Origin: Salinispira sp.
GTDB taxonomy: Bacteria > Spirochaetota > Spirochaetia > DSM-27196 > Salinispiraceae
Length of the DNA stretch: 64,000 nt
Direction: 5' to 3'
Assembly (NCBI GenBank): GCA_965226555.1
Contig: CBDDDG010000022.1
Location: 160,001-224,000 of the forward strand
Shown piece after piece: positions 40,003 through 49,544 of the stretch; positions within the stretch are counted from its first letter, which is position 1; the number at the start of each line of letters is the position of its first letter. The notes below the pieces were generated by a model. That model made no database searches, was not told the DNA's origin, and saw nothing but the letters and a program-made list of their open reading frames with translations. The translations under genes were made by a program, and so were the position numbers.

Positions 40003-41010
40003 ATGGAACAACGACAATTAGGTTCGCGGGGGCTACGCGTCAGCGAATTCTGCTTTGGAGCCATGACCTTTGGCAGGGAGGCGGATGCTTCCGAGAGCTA
40101 TGCCATGCTCAATGCCTTTGTTGATGCCGGAGGAACCTTCATTGATAATGCCGATGTCTACAACAACGGCCGCAGTGAAGAAATTTTAGGCGGCTGGCTG
40201 AAACATAAGCGGCGGCAGGATTTTGTCATAGCAACAAAGGTCCGCTTTCCCATGGGATCAGGCCCAAACGATGTCGGACTCAGCCGTCAGCACATTCTAA
40301 CCGAGGTTGAGAACAGCCTGAGACGAGTGAAAACCGATTACATCGATCTGTATCAGGTACATTGCTGGGATTCTGCGACTCCGCTGGAGGAAACACTCTC
40401 AACCCTCAACGATCTGGTACGGCAGGGAAAGGTCCGTTATATCGGGGCAAGTAATTATCTCCCATATCAGCTTCAGAAGGCAGTCGATATTTCACGGCGG
40501 GAGAGCTGGGAGCCATTCTGTTCCCTGCAGCCCCTGTATAATCTTCTTGACCGATTCATTGAATGGGAGCTTGTGGAACTCTGCCGGAGTGAGGGACTTG
40601 CGCTATTGCCCTGGTCTCCGCTGCGCGGCGGCTGGCTCACAGGAAAATTCCGTCGGGACGATACGGGACCTGCCGAGAATACCCGAGTAAAAACAGCCGA
40701 AAAAGAAGACTGGTACGAAACCTGGGCGCATTACGGTAATGACCGCACATGGAATGTGCTTGATGCGCTTGAAGATATTGGAAAGGCGCGGGGAAAGAGT
40801 ATTGCGCAGGTTGCCCTCAACTGGGTAAAGGATCAGCCCGGGGTAACAGCGCCCATTCTCGGCGCGCGGAACATGAAACAGTTCAGCGATAATCTCGGCG
40901 CAGCCGGTTGGACGCTGAGCACTGAAGAGCGGGAGCGCCTAAACCAGGTAAGTGAGCTTGAGTTACCCTATTACCCCTACGGCTTTATCCGCTGGGCAAC
41001 TTCACGCTAA
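40003..41010 (+). CDS. aldo/keto reductase
   Basis: [43 protein letters not shown]. Confidence 0.95.
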   Translation: MEQRQLGSRGLRVSEFCFGAMTFGREADASESYAMLNAFVDAGGTFIDNADVYNNGRSEEILGGWLKHKRRQDFVIATKVRFPMGSGPNDVGLSRQHILTEVENSLRRVKTDYIDLYQVHCWDSATPLEETLSTLNDLVRQGKVRYIGASNYLPYQLQKAVDISRRESWEPFCSLQPLYNLLDRFIEWELVELCRSEGLALLPWSPLRGGWLTGKFRRDDTGPAENTRVKTAEKEDWYETWAHYGNDRTWNVLDALEDIGKARGKSIAQVALNWVKDQPGVTAPILGARNMKQFSDNLGAAGWTLSTEERERLNQVSELELPYYPYGFIRWATSR

Positions 41011-41654
41011 ACTTTGTACTGAAGCGCAGCCAGCACCGAACTGTCGCTGGCTGTTCGCTGGAATGTTTCTCCCTGGCCATGCTGCAGCACAAAGCGCACC
41101 TCGCCGTTCATGTGTTTTTTGTCTCGTTTCATTGCTGCGAGGAGCGCCTCGTCTGCTATGGAATCGACATTCAGCCGGTATCCGTAGAGCTGTAAGAGGC
41201 GGGTAATCTCAAAAAGACAATCTTTGTCACGATGTATGATATCGGCATGTCTCTCCTCAAGAAACTCAAGGAGAACAGCATCACCAAGCATGGCAGCTTT
41301 TATGACTTCGGCAAGCCCGCTGAGGTATTCCCGTTGGGGAAGGCTTTCAATGAGAGCGGGACAAATTCTCAGTTCACTGGCAGGGTAAATAGTTCCCACC
41401 ATGTTCTTGAATCCGATGTAGTTGATACCGGTCTTTGCGCTTTTTGCTGAGTCGGATTTTTGCGCCGATTCCCCAGAGTCTTGGGTTTTCCTGCTGTCAT
41501 TCACATAGAAACCGCTTCCTCGGAAAATTATCCCTGCGCCGCCGCTCACCAGCCTGCGAAGCGCAGGTTTCTTACATTCCGGGCAATCGGTAAGGGCATC
41601 ATCCGACATGTTCTGAAACACTTCAAAAACATGCCCGCATTCAGACGCATTCAT
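41007..41654 (-). pseudogene. chimeric remnant: FmdB-type zinc ribbon fused to two fragments of 3-dehydroquinate synthase (aroB)
   Basis: CGHVFEVFQNMSD...CPEC...IIFRGSGFYVND, then KTGIN..FKNMVG...SGLAEVIK, then MKRDKK...VRFVL. Confidence 0.8.
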
Positions 41655-41728
41655 AACTTACAAATCCTTGTGAAATACTTACTTGAATTGAATGCGGGGG
41701 TAGGATATGGTAGGAGCAGGTGTACAGT

Positions 41729-42394
41729 ATGTCTTCAATAAAGGCGGTTGCTTTTGACATTGACGGAACTCTTTATCCGAACTCCCGCATGTATGCGGTG
41801 AGCGCAAGTCTTCTTGCGCGGAACCTGAAGCTCTTCCGCGCCTTTTACGCAGTCCGAACAGAATTACGAAATATACGCCCCATCAACAATTTCTACGACA
41901 CCCAAACGATGATGGTTGCAGAAAAAATGGGCAGGAGCGTTGAGGAAACTCAAGCTCTTATTACCGAAGAATTCTATACAAAGTGGGAAAAGGTGTTTCA
42001 TCATGTGAATCTTCATTCCGGTGTTATTGAGACATTTTCATGGTTGGAAAAAAGAGGCATCATCTTGGCTGTGCTTTCCGATTTTCCTGTTGAAACGAAG
42101 CTTAAAATACTTAACATTGAAAATTACTTTCGTGTGGCACTGTGTTCGGAAACAGTCGGCTATCTCAAACCGGCTCCTGAACCCTTCAATGCCCTCCTCG
42201 AAAAACTGAATGTCCCCCCCAAAAACCTCCTGTATGTCGGAAACAGCTATGAGTACGATGTTCAGGGCGCAGCCCGCCTCGGAATACGGACAGCGCACAT
42301 TGCCCGCCGCGCTCCCCCCTGCAGCCCCGCCGATATCACCTTTTCCCGCTATGCTGTTCTGCGTGAATGGCTCAAAAGGCATCTGGAGAAATAA
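41729..42394 (+). CDS. HAD-family hydrolase
   Basis: FDIDGTLY, LSDFP, LKPAPEPF, LYVGNSYEYDV. Confidence 0.9.
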   Translation: MSSIKAVAFDIDGTLYPNSRMYAVSASLLARNLKLFRAFYAVRTELRNIRPINNFYDTQTMMVAEKMGRSVEETQALITEEFYTKWEKVFHHVNLHSGVIETFSWLEKRGIILAVLSDFPVETKLKILNIENYFRVALCSETVGYLKPAPEPFNALLEKLNVPPKNLLYVGNSYEYDVQGAARLGIRTAHIARRAPPCSPADITFSRYAVLREWLKRHLEK

Positions 42395-42401
42395 CAGAGT
42401 T

Positions 42402-42429
42402 GAAAATTTTGCAAAATACAAAACTTTCT
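42402..42429. repeat. copy of the dispersed palindrome at the left edge of the defence island
   Basis: GAAAATTTTGCAAAATACAAAACTTTCT. Confidence 0.7.
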
Positions 42430-42481
42430 ATAAAATGGGAAAATACCAATTTCGCAGAAAAGAAAATGATGAGAAAGATAA

Positions 42482-43456
42482 TTGAGTGGAAGAAACGTGC
42501 CTGATCAAGAGATGCCACAGAGCAGAAACAACGTATTATTGCAGAATTCTCTCTTTTTTGAATTTCCTGAACAGGAGCAGGGCAGGCGCGCGACAAGGCC
42601 TCAGGCGAAGAGGAAACTTCAGGTAGCTAATGGATACCTTCTTAATTTCGATAACATAACACGTATTTTGAGCGCGGTTTGGGAGAATCGCTCATTGAAT
42701 AGAATTGGTCGAGCGGTTCTCGTGGAGTCAACCGGACTACCGAATAATCACGCACAGTGTCTTGTAAGTATGGCCTCCGCCATGGGATTAATTCAGCCAA
42801 TTGATGCAAGGCCTACCGCGTTTGGTTCTCTGGTAGCAAGCAACGATATGTTCTTTGAACGGCAGGGCACCCTCGAATGGTGTCACTACCGCGGAGCAGG
42901 ATCAATGCGGAACCTCGTATGGTTCGATACATTTAACCGGATAGTTCACGAGAATGAGCCGCAAACACACCGGCAGTGGAGCGCATGGTTCCGGTCGGAA
43001 TTGGCGGGGCAATATAGCGATCGGACGCTCCAGAAAGTTGAACGCGAGGTTCGCTTTGTCATCAATGCCTATCTGGAACAGAAACTCAAAACGCTTGAAA
43101 TTCTGGAATTGGGCGAAGGTGATGTAATAGTGCAGCGGAGACACCGGCAGATCGAGCATTTGATATTTGCGGCAATGCTCTACGACTTCATTGAGGCGCA
43201 GGGATGCAGGACCTTTGAAATTGCGAAATTGACGCGACTGCCGGGCAGTCCTGCCCTTGTGTTTGGATTAGATGCGGATTCAATGCGGTCGCTGGTCGAA
43301 GCTCTTCATGCGGAAGGGCTGGCACGTTACGAAACAACCCACAATTTGGATCAGATCCGGCTGATTCCGGGTTTCAGATCGGAAGAATTTCTCAGCGCGT
43401 ACTATGAAAAACGCCAACCCACAAGGGACAATGACCCCGGAGTTAGTCGTGGCTGA
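42482..43456 (+). CDS. DUF4007-like winged-helix protein (SspB / BREX type 4-associated); start may be 42497 or 42512
   Basis: AMGLI...PTAFG...D.FFE..GTL.WCHY, WF..FN, SPALVFGL, ETTHNLDQI pattern; first gene of the operon. Confidence 0.6.
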   Translation: MSGRNVPDQEMPQSRNNVLLQNSLFFEFPEQEQGRRATRPQAKRKLQVANGYLLNFDNITRILSAVWENRSLNRIGRAVLVESTGLPNNHAQCLVSMASAMGLIQPIDARPTAFGSLVASNDMFFERQGTLEWCHYRGAGSMRNLVWFDTFNRIVHENEPQTHRQWSAWFRSELAGQYSDRTLQKVEREVRFVINAYLEQKLKTLEILELGEGDVIVQRRHRQIEHLIFAAMLYDFIEAQGCRTFEIAKLTRLPGSPALVFGLDADSMRSLVEALHAEGLARYETTHNLDQIRLIPGFRSEEFLSAYYEKRQPTRDNDPGVSRG

Positions 43457-43916
43457 CAGTATTGATGTTATTACATTCGCGCGGGGCATATCGGCGAGGA
43501 AGCGCGGACGAGCTTGCGCAATTATGACTTATGAATATACCGAACAGCGTGACTGGGCAGCGAAGTTGGCGAGGTTGACTGACTTGGAGCACGTTGATGT
43601 TCTTGAGCTGTTCTATGAGGATGAGCAACTGGGGAATAATTTGTATTTTTACTCGCCGGAAGGCTTGTTTTCCCTGCTTCAGGATCGTCTGAAACAGGGG
43701 AACACTGCTATTGTATCGGGCATTGAATTTCTCAAGGCAAGTTGGAGCGGTCAAAAGAACAGCGCGGAGGAATTCGCGGCGTGTCTGGAGATGTGGCAGG
43801 GAAACCCCGCGTTGCTGTTCGTCATGCAATACGACAAGGCTATTGCCGAACATCCCTTCCGCCGATTCCGACAGCATACCTTCATCATCGATCAGAGGGA
43901 GACAATTGCTCTATGA
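43449..43916 (+). CDS. small alpha/beta protein, possible BrxB/BrxF-like degenerate P-loop subunit
   Basis: GGAG + GTG overlapping the upstream stop; ATGA overlap downstream; TAIVSGIEFL resembles a Walker-B strand. Confidence 0.5.
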   Translation: MADSIDVITFARGISARKRGRACAIMTYEYTEQRDWAAKLARLTDLEHVDVLELFYEDEQLGNNLYFYSPEGLFSLLQDRLKQGNTAIVSGIEFLKASWSGQKNSAEEFAACLEMWQGNPALLFVMQYDKAIAEHPFRRFRQHTFIIDQRETIAL

Positions 43917-46900
43917 AGAATGCCGGAATGTTCAGCGCGCTGTTTATTAATTCACTCAGGAAAAAGGTGTCGATGGATGATGCTGCATCCGGCCGTATGA
44001 CGGTACTTGCCCATTCCTTGCAGATGTATGAAATAAGCGATTCCGATGATGTGTGGAATGCGTTCCTGAAGCAGGCAGTGAGCTACTTGGAGTTCGTGCC
44101 TCCCCCGCGAAGGAGAGAGCGCCGGCTATTTCCGCTCTATGAAGACTGGAAGTGCAACAATTGTGTTAGCGTACTTATTGCGGCGCCCGGGAACAGCGAT
44201 CTCGATTCTTATGATGTGGGACAATTTTATCCGGGTAAGCTCATCCGCGAGCTTCGCAAACGTTCGCTGAGTTGGGGCATACTTACAAACGGAAAACTGT
44301 GGCGCCTGTACTCCGCCAGAAGCTCCCGTCCCTTTGAAGATTATGTTGAGCTCGATCTATCATCAACATTGAAAGAAAACGATGAGACAGAATACGCCTT
44401 GTTTGAACATTTCTTCCACCGGGACTCATTTGTCTCTGACGAAGAAAAAAACACGGAGCTGCCCTCATGCCGTTTACATGCGGACCGGCGCGCATCGGAA
44501 GGTATGCTTGACGAGCTGGTCAAAAAACCCTTTCTTGCTCAAGTGGATGAAGTACTTCGGTGTATCTGCAATGGATTCATCAGCGACACGCGAAAGCCCG
44601 GAGAGGAGTACACGGAGGAGAATTGCAGAGAAATTTTCGAGAGCGCGGTCACGCTGATCTACCGAACGCTTTTTCTGTTCTACGCCGAATCTCGCAGGCT
44701 CCTTCCTTCCGATCCTGAGAAGGCCGATCTTTATTGGCGGCATTCAATTAGAGCCCTCTGCGAAGAGTCCCTGAAGTTTCGTTGGGGTGAACGGCGCGAC
44801 AACAATGAATATGACCTGTGGCAGCATTTGAAGGAATTGACCGTTGCCGTGAACAACGGAGATCCCGAGTACGGAATTATGGGATACAACGGCGGGCTAT
44901 TTGATGATGAAGAAGAACGGTTTCTGCGCGATCATCGCTTACGGAACGACTTTCTGTCCCGAGCGCTGTACCTGTTGGCCTATGTGGATCCCCGCGATAA
45001 CAACAAAAATCGTGAGTACGCTATTCCCTACGAGGATCTGGAGATCAGGCATTTGGGTGGGCTCTATGAGAATATTCTGGAGTACACAGTGCTAGTGGCC
45101 GATGCGGATCGAATTCGGCGTCAGACCGGCAAAGGCATAGAGATTATGCTTGCTGAGGGACAGACAAAACGGCGCGGTGACAGCATTATAAAAAAAGGAG
45201 AAGTGTATTTTGGAGAGTCCTCGCTGGAACGGAAGCAGACCGGATCGTACTATACGCCGGAATCGCTGATTCGCTTTCTGAATGAGAAATCAATTGTCGT
45301 ACCGCTTATGGAACGTTTTGAAGCTGCGTATCGGGAGCGTTTCAATGCCTTCAAACAGGAGGCTCTTGAAAGTATTGACCCGGGAACACGGCGAGGCGCG
45401 GCGCAGGCGGGAGCGGAGTTAGTTAGCCGTTTTGCCGAGGAGGAACTTCTCTCCTATACCGTATGCGATCCGGCAATGGGCAGCGGGCATTTTCTGGTCG
45501 ACGCGACCAATCAGATGGCAGGAATCGTTATAACACTCCTTGCGGAGTTGCCGCATGTCGCTGGCATGTCGAGCGCAATTTCCAACAACCCAAATTTCTG
45601 GCGGCGGCGTGTTACTCGGCGCTGCATTTATGGGGTCGATTTAAATCTGCTGGCGGTAAACCTCGCAAAACTGTCGCTCTGGCTCAATTGCTTTGCGAGC
45701 GATCACAAACTCACCTTCCTCGACCACCATGTGCGATGCGGAAACAGCTTAATTGGCATTCGCAATGTGAAGAATCTGAGGCAGATTCCAAAGCGCGGGA
45801 ACGACAGGAAAAACAAGAAGAATGATGAAGGCGACAGTCTCTTCAATGTCGATGATCTTTCTGCCGCGCTGACCGAGGCAGCCGGAGGAATCGCTGGCAT
45901 TGCCCGAATTAATGAGGATGACACCGACCGTCAACGGGAGTCCCTGCGCGAAGCGGAAAAAACGTTGGCGCGAGTCCGCCCCCTTGCGGATATATACACG
46001 GCATATGTAATGAATCCCACTATTCTCCTTGACGAATACCGCCAGTTGTTCACGAAACTTGCCTCGGGTGAGGATGCATCGTCATCGCTCAATTTGGAAT
46101 TGTCGGAGATTTACCGGCAGGCGCGGGAGCTCAGCGCGCGGCACAACTACTTCCACTGGCCTCTGGTCTTTCCCAATGTCTTCGGTTCAGAGGGAAGTGG
46201 AGGTTTTAATGCGACAGTGGGCAACCCGCCATGGGACGTTTTGCAGGCGAATACCCAAGAGTTCTACGTTAACTACGATCCGCAATTCCGGAAATACAAA
46301 AAGCAGGATGCTCTACAGTCCATAAGGGATCTCCATCTGCAGTACCCATCACTCTCCGAACATTGGATAGCGTACCAGAAGGGATTCCAGGAATCTGCAA
46401 CCTTCTGCAAGGAACCAGCTGTATATAGGAGTCTCATAAACGGAAAAATCAACCTTTATAAGGCATTTCTTGAGCGTTTTTTCCAGCTCCTCAGTGCGGG
46501 CGGACGCATGGGGCTCATAGTACCCAGTGGTATTTACACCGACAAAGGCTGCCAACCCCTGCGGGAGTTGTTCTTTGAGAGGAGTTCCGTAGAATTTCTG
46601 TATGGGTTTGAAAATCGGTATCCAATGGTGTTCAATTCTGTTGACAGTCGCCTCAAGTTCGTGCTTTTCGGCGCGCGCAGGGGCGGGACAACCGAGCGTT
46701 TTCGCTGCGCGTTTATGGAACATGATCCTGAGCGGCTCCCTTTCATTGACCGCAATGCGCTCCATACGAACATCGAACAGGTACGAAGGTTCTCGCCAAA
46801 TACCCTGAGCATTATGGAGTTCAAAAACCAGCGTGATATTGACGTCACAACGAAAATATACGGAAACTGGCCGCTTCTTGGAGAAAAAATTGAGGGAACA

Positions 46901-47854
46901 TGGAACGCGCGGTTTCGACAGGAACTGAACATGACAAGTGACAGTCATTTGTTCAAAACCACCCCAACGGAGCACCCGCTCTACGAGGGCAAAATGATCT
47001 GGCACTTCGACAGTGAATTCGCTCCGCCGCAGTACTGGCTGGACAGGAAAGAAGTGACCGCGTCCCTTGGCGAGACGGCCTATGAGGGCGAGCATTACCG
47101 GGTGGGTTTTCGGAATATTGCGATGGGTACGAATGAGAGAACGCTCATCGCAACGCTTATTCCTCCGAGATGTTGGAGCGGTAACTCTCTCTCAATGATC
47201 AGTCCTCGCGAGAGCCATCAATTATCGGACAGGCCAAATGAGTTCGTGTCAATGTACCTTGCTGCTGTTCTTTCTTCGCTTGTTGTCGATTTCATCATCC
47301 GTCAGAAAGTGACAAGCAATATGAGTTTTTTTTATATGAAGACTCTCCCCGTTCCGCGAAAATTTACGACAGTTAGCGGGGACATTGCCCGCGCCATTGT
47401 TGCGCGATCCGCTCGTCTCATTGCGACATCGGCAAAGTATGCGAATATCTGGCGCGCGCTCTTCCGAGAGGAATGGAGCAGGCCGGAATTCTGGTATTCC
47501 GCTGAATTACCGCAGAATACATACGGACCTGCCCACGAACAGGAGATTCGCGAGCGCATTCAGCGTAATGCCATTAAGCTCACGAATACATGGGAGCCTC
47601 ACTGCGGCGTTCATGAAAGGCGCCATGACCGCCGCGATACTGGCGACCGAGCGCAGCTCCGCGCGGAGATTGATGCCTACGCTGCCCATCTATACGAACT
47701 CTCACGGGAAGACTTTACCCATATTTTAGACACCTTTTCCGTACTTAAGAACAAGGAAATAAAGGCCTTCGGCGAGTACATAACCAGACGAAAATGCTTA
47801 GAAGAATATGAAAGAATGTCGGAAAGAATACGACCAAATAGAGATGGGGTATAA
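43913..47854 (+). CDS. large N6-adenine DNA methyltransferase (Eco57I/PglX-like)
   Basis: YNGGLF, LGGLYE, RKQTGSYYTP, CDPAMGSGHFL (motif I), IYGVDLN, GNPPW (motif IV), LYEGKMI TRD region; N-terminal WGILTNG..WRLY. Confidence 0.92.
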   Translation: MKNAGMFSALFINSLRKKVSMDDAASGRMTVLAHSLQMYEISDSDDVWNAFLKQAVSYLEFVPPPRRRERRLFPLYEDWKCNNCVSVLIAAPGNSDLDSYDVGQFYPGKLIRELRKRSLSWGILTNGKLWRLYSARSSRPFEDYVELDLSSTLKENDETEYALFEHFFHRDSFVSDEEKNTELPSCRLHADRRASEGMLDELVKKPFLAQVDEVLRCICNGFISDTRKPGEEYTEENCREIFESAVTLIYRTLFLFYAESRRLLPSDPEKADLYWRHSIRALCEESLKFRWGERRDNNEYDLWQHLKELTVAVNNGDPEYGIMGYNGGLFDDEEERFLRDHRLRNDFLSRALYLLAYVDPRDNNKNREYAIPYEDLEIRHLGGLYENILEYTVLVADADRIRRQTGKGIEIMLAEGQTKRRGDSIIKKGEVYFGESSLERKQTGSYYTPESLIRFLNEKSIVVPLMERFEAAYRERFNAFKQEALESIDPGTRRGAAQAGAELVSRFAEEELLSYTVCDPAMGSGHFLVDATNQMAGIVITLLAELPHVAGMSSAISNNPNFWRRRVTRRCIYGVDLNLLAVNLAKLSLWLNCFASDHKLTFLDHHVRCGNSLIGIRNVKNLRQIPKRGNDRKNKKNDEGDSLFNVDDLSAALTEAAGGIAGIARINEDDTDRQRESLREAEKTLARVRPLADIYTAYVMNPTILLDEYRQLFTKLASGEDASSSLNLELSEIYRQARELSARHNYFHWPLVFPNVFGSEGSGGFNATVGNPPWDVLQANTQEFYVNYDPQFRKYKKQDALQSIRDLHLQYPSLSEHWIAYQKGFQESATFCKEPAVYRSLINGKINLYKAFLERFFQLLSAGGRMGLIVPSGIYTDKGCQPLRELFFERSSVEFLYGFENRYPMVFNSVDSRLKFVLFGARRGGTTERFRCAFMEHDPERLPFIDRNALHTNIEQVRRFSPNTLSIMEFKNQRDIDVTTKIYGNWPLLGEKIEGTWNARFRQELNMTSDSHLFKTTPTEHPLYEGKMIWHFDSEFAPPQYWLDRKEVTASLGETAYEGEHYRVGFRNIAMGTNERTLIATLIPPRCWSGNSLSMISPRESHQLSDRPNEFVSMYLAAVLSSLVVDFIIRQKVTSNMSFFYMKTLPVPRKFTTVSGDIARAIVARSARLIATSAKYANIWRALFREEWSRPEFWYSAELPQNTYGPAHEQEIRERIQRNAIKLTNTWEPHCGVHERRHDRRDTGDRAQLRAEIDAYAAHLYELSREDFTHILDTFSVLKNKEIKAFGEYITRRKCLEEYERMSERIRPNRDGV

Positions 47855-47856
47855 TT

Positions 47857-48456
47857 ATGACTCAAACCGCAAACTCAATTTTTACCATAGGATACGCGGC
47901 TCTTGCAATAGAACGATTCATTGAGTTACTGCGCTTGTATTGCATAACTATTTTGGCCGATGTCAGATCTCAACCCTACAGTCGTTACAGTCCGGAATAC
48001 TCCCGTGATCCGCTTAAGGTTTTGTTGGAAAAATCCGGTATTCGGTACGTCTTCATGGGAAAAGAACTTGGCGCGCGGCGCGATGAACCGGAATGTTACG
48101 AGGATAGCAAAGCGCGGTACGACCTCATCGTCAAAACTCCGGCTTTTCGGGAAGGAATCGCGCGTCTCAAAAGGGGGGCGCTAAAGTATCGCATTGCGCT
48201 TTTATGCGCCGAAAAAGACCCTATAACCTGCCATCGTTCAATACTGGTTTCCCGGGAATTGTCTCGCGAAGGTGTCAATGTCCAACATATTCGCCATGAT
48301 TGCTCTCTCGAATCACAGCAACAATTAGAGCAACGTTTACTCAAATTACATGAAAGGGATCAGGTAGATCTTTTCGATAACAAGTCAACGCGCCTCAATT
48401 ATGTATATACACAGCAGGCGGACTATATTGCATTTGTCCGTGAAGGAGAAGAATGA
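47857..48456 (+). CDS. DUF488-family protein
   Basis: IFTIGY, DVRSQPYSRY, ELGAR, ALLCAEKDP..CHR. Confidence 0.88.
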   Translation: MTQTANSIFTIGYAALAIERFIELLRLYCITILADVRSQPYSRYSPEYSRDPLKVLLEKSGIRYVFMGKELGARRDEPECYEDSKARYDLIVKTPAFREGIARLKRGALKYRIALLCAEKDPITCHRSILVSRELSREGVNVQHIRHDCSLESQQQLEQRLLKLHERDQVDLFDNKSTRLNYVYTQQADYIAFVREGEE

Positions 48457-48457
48457 T

Positions 48458-48892
48458 ATGATGCTATTTACCATTGGTTTCACAAAGACAACTGCCGAAT
48501 GTTTCTTTAATCGTCTCAAGAAGGCTGGTGTGCAAAGACTTATTGATGTTCGACTAAACAATCGTTCGCAATTAGCCGGATTTGCGAAACAGCAGGATTT
48601 GGAGTATTTCCTGAAGGAAATTGTGGGCATTGACTACATATACAGACCTGAATGGACGCCGACTCAGGATATTCTCGATGCATATAAAAAGCACAAAGGA
48701 AACTGGAATGTTTATGAAGTTACATTCAATGAGCTGATAGGCGACCGACACATTGAGCAATATACAGACGTAGGAATGCTCAATAATGCCTGCCTGCTGT
48801 GCAGTGAAAATACAGCAGAACATTGTCATCGTCGGCTTGTAGCTGAATATCTGCAAAAAAAATTTGAGGAGCTCGAAATATGTCATTTGTAG
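48458..48892 (+). CDS. second DUF488-family protein
   Basis: LFTIGFTK, IDVRLNN.SQLAGFAK, CLLCSE....CHRRLVAEYL. Confidence 0.88.
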   Translation: MMLFTIGFTKTTAECFFNRLKKAGVQRLIDVRLNNRSQLAGFAKQQDLEYFLKEIVGIDYIYRPEWTPTQDILDAYKKHKGNWNVYEVTFNELIGDRHIEQYTDVGMLNNACLLCSENTAEHCHRRLVAEYLQKKFEELEICHL

Positions 48893-49528
48893 TCGAACTG
48901 GTTGTGCTGGCCAACTCCCGCAGACCCAACGGACGGTGCATTGCGGGTATCAATCGGAAAACGAGTCAATGGATACGTCCAGTTGGAGCAGATGGCCTCG
49001 GCGAGGTTCCCGATAATCTGCGGAAAATTAATGGAAAAGAACCGAATATACTGGATATTGTACGAATGGAACTCGAAGAATCGGCAGAAACATACCGGTT
49101 TCAGATGGAAAACCGTAACATTGTAAACAAACCCTGGTCTTTTGTTGGAAAGGCCGCTATTGCTGATGTCCTGCCGTATTGCTGTCAGGATCGACACGTT
49201 TTTTTTAACCATCATATTCGTATCCCCCATTCCGATCTTTGCGGCAATTCTTCATGGAATTCTTCTCTCCAGTTATGGGAAGTGGAGGATTTTAGGTGCG
49301 AATACAATGAATATAAAAAATGGAAAGGCACGTTCTCTATTCCGAGTGGGGATGAGCTGTCTCTCAGCATCACGGATATTGACTACCTAACGCGTCTTAA
49401 CTCGGGCTATAAACCCGGTGAACGCGCCCTACTACTCATAAGTCTGGGGGGGTCCTCATCAACCTGAATATGAAGGGTGGACAAAGATGTATTGCTGGAA
49501 ACTCATTGCGGGGGTAATTGAGCTATGA
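48880..49528 (+). CDS. dual OB-fold domain protein; apparent frameshift at G7 (49446-49452)
   Basis: VLANSRRPNGRCIAG...WIRPV, LSITD; deleting one G gives SLGGPHQ...CWKLIAGVIEL*. Confidence 0.7.
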
Positions 49529-49544
49529 CGATAGGGAGAATGAC

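Noticed and set aside
43742..43912. 57 aa N-terminal extension of the methyltransferase in the ORF track
   Set aside because: It overlaps the upstream gene; the ATG at 43913 has a GGGAG RBS and ATGA coupling.
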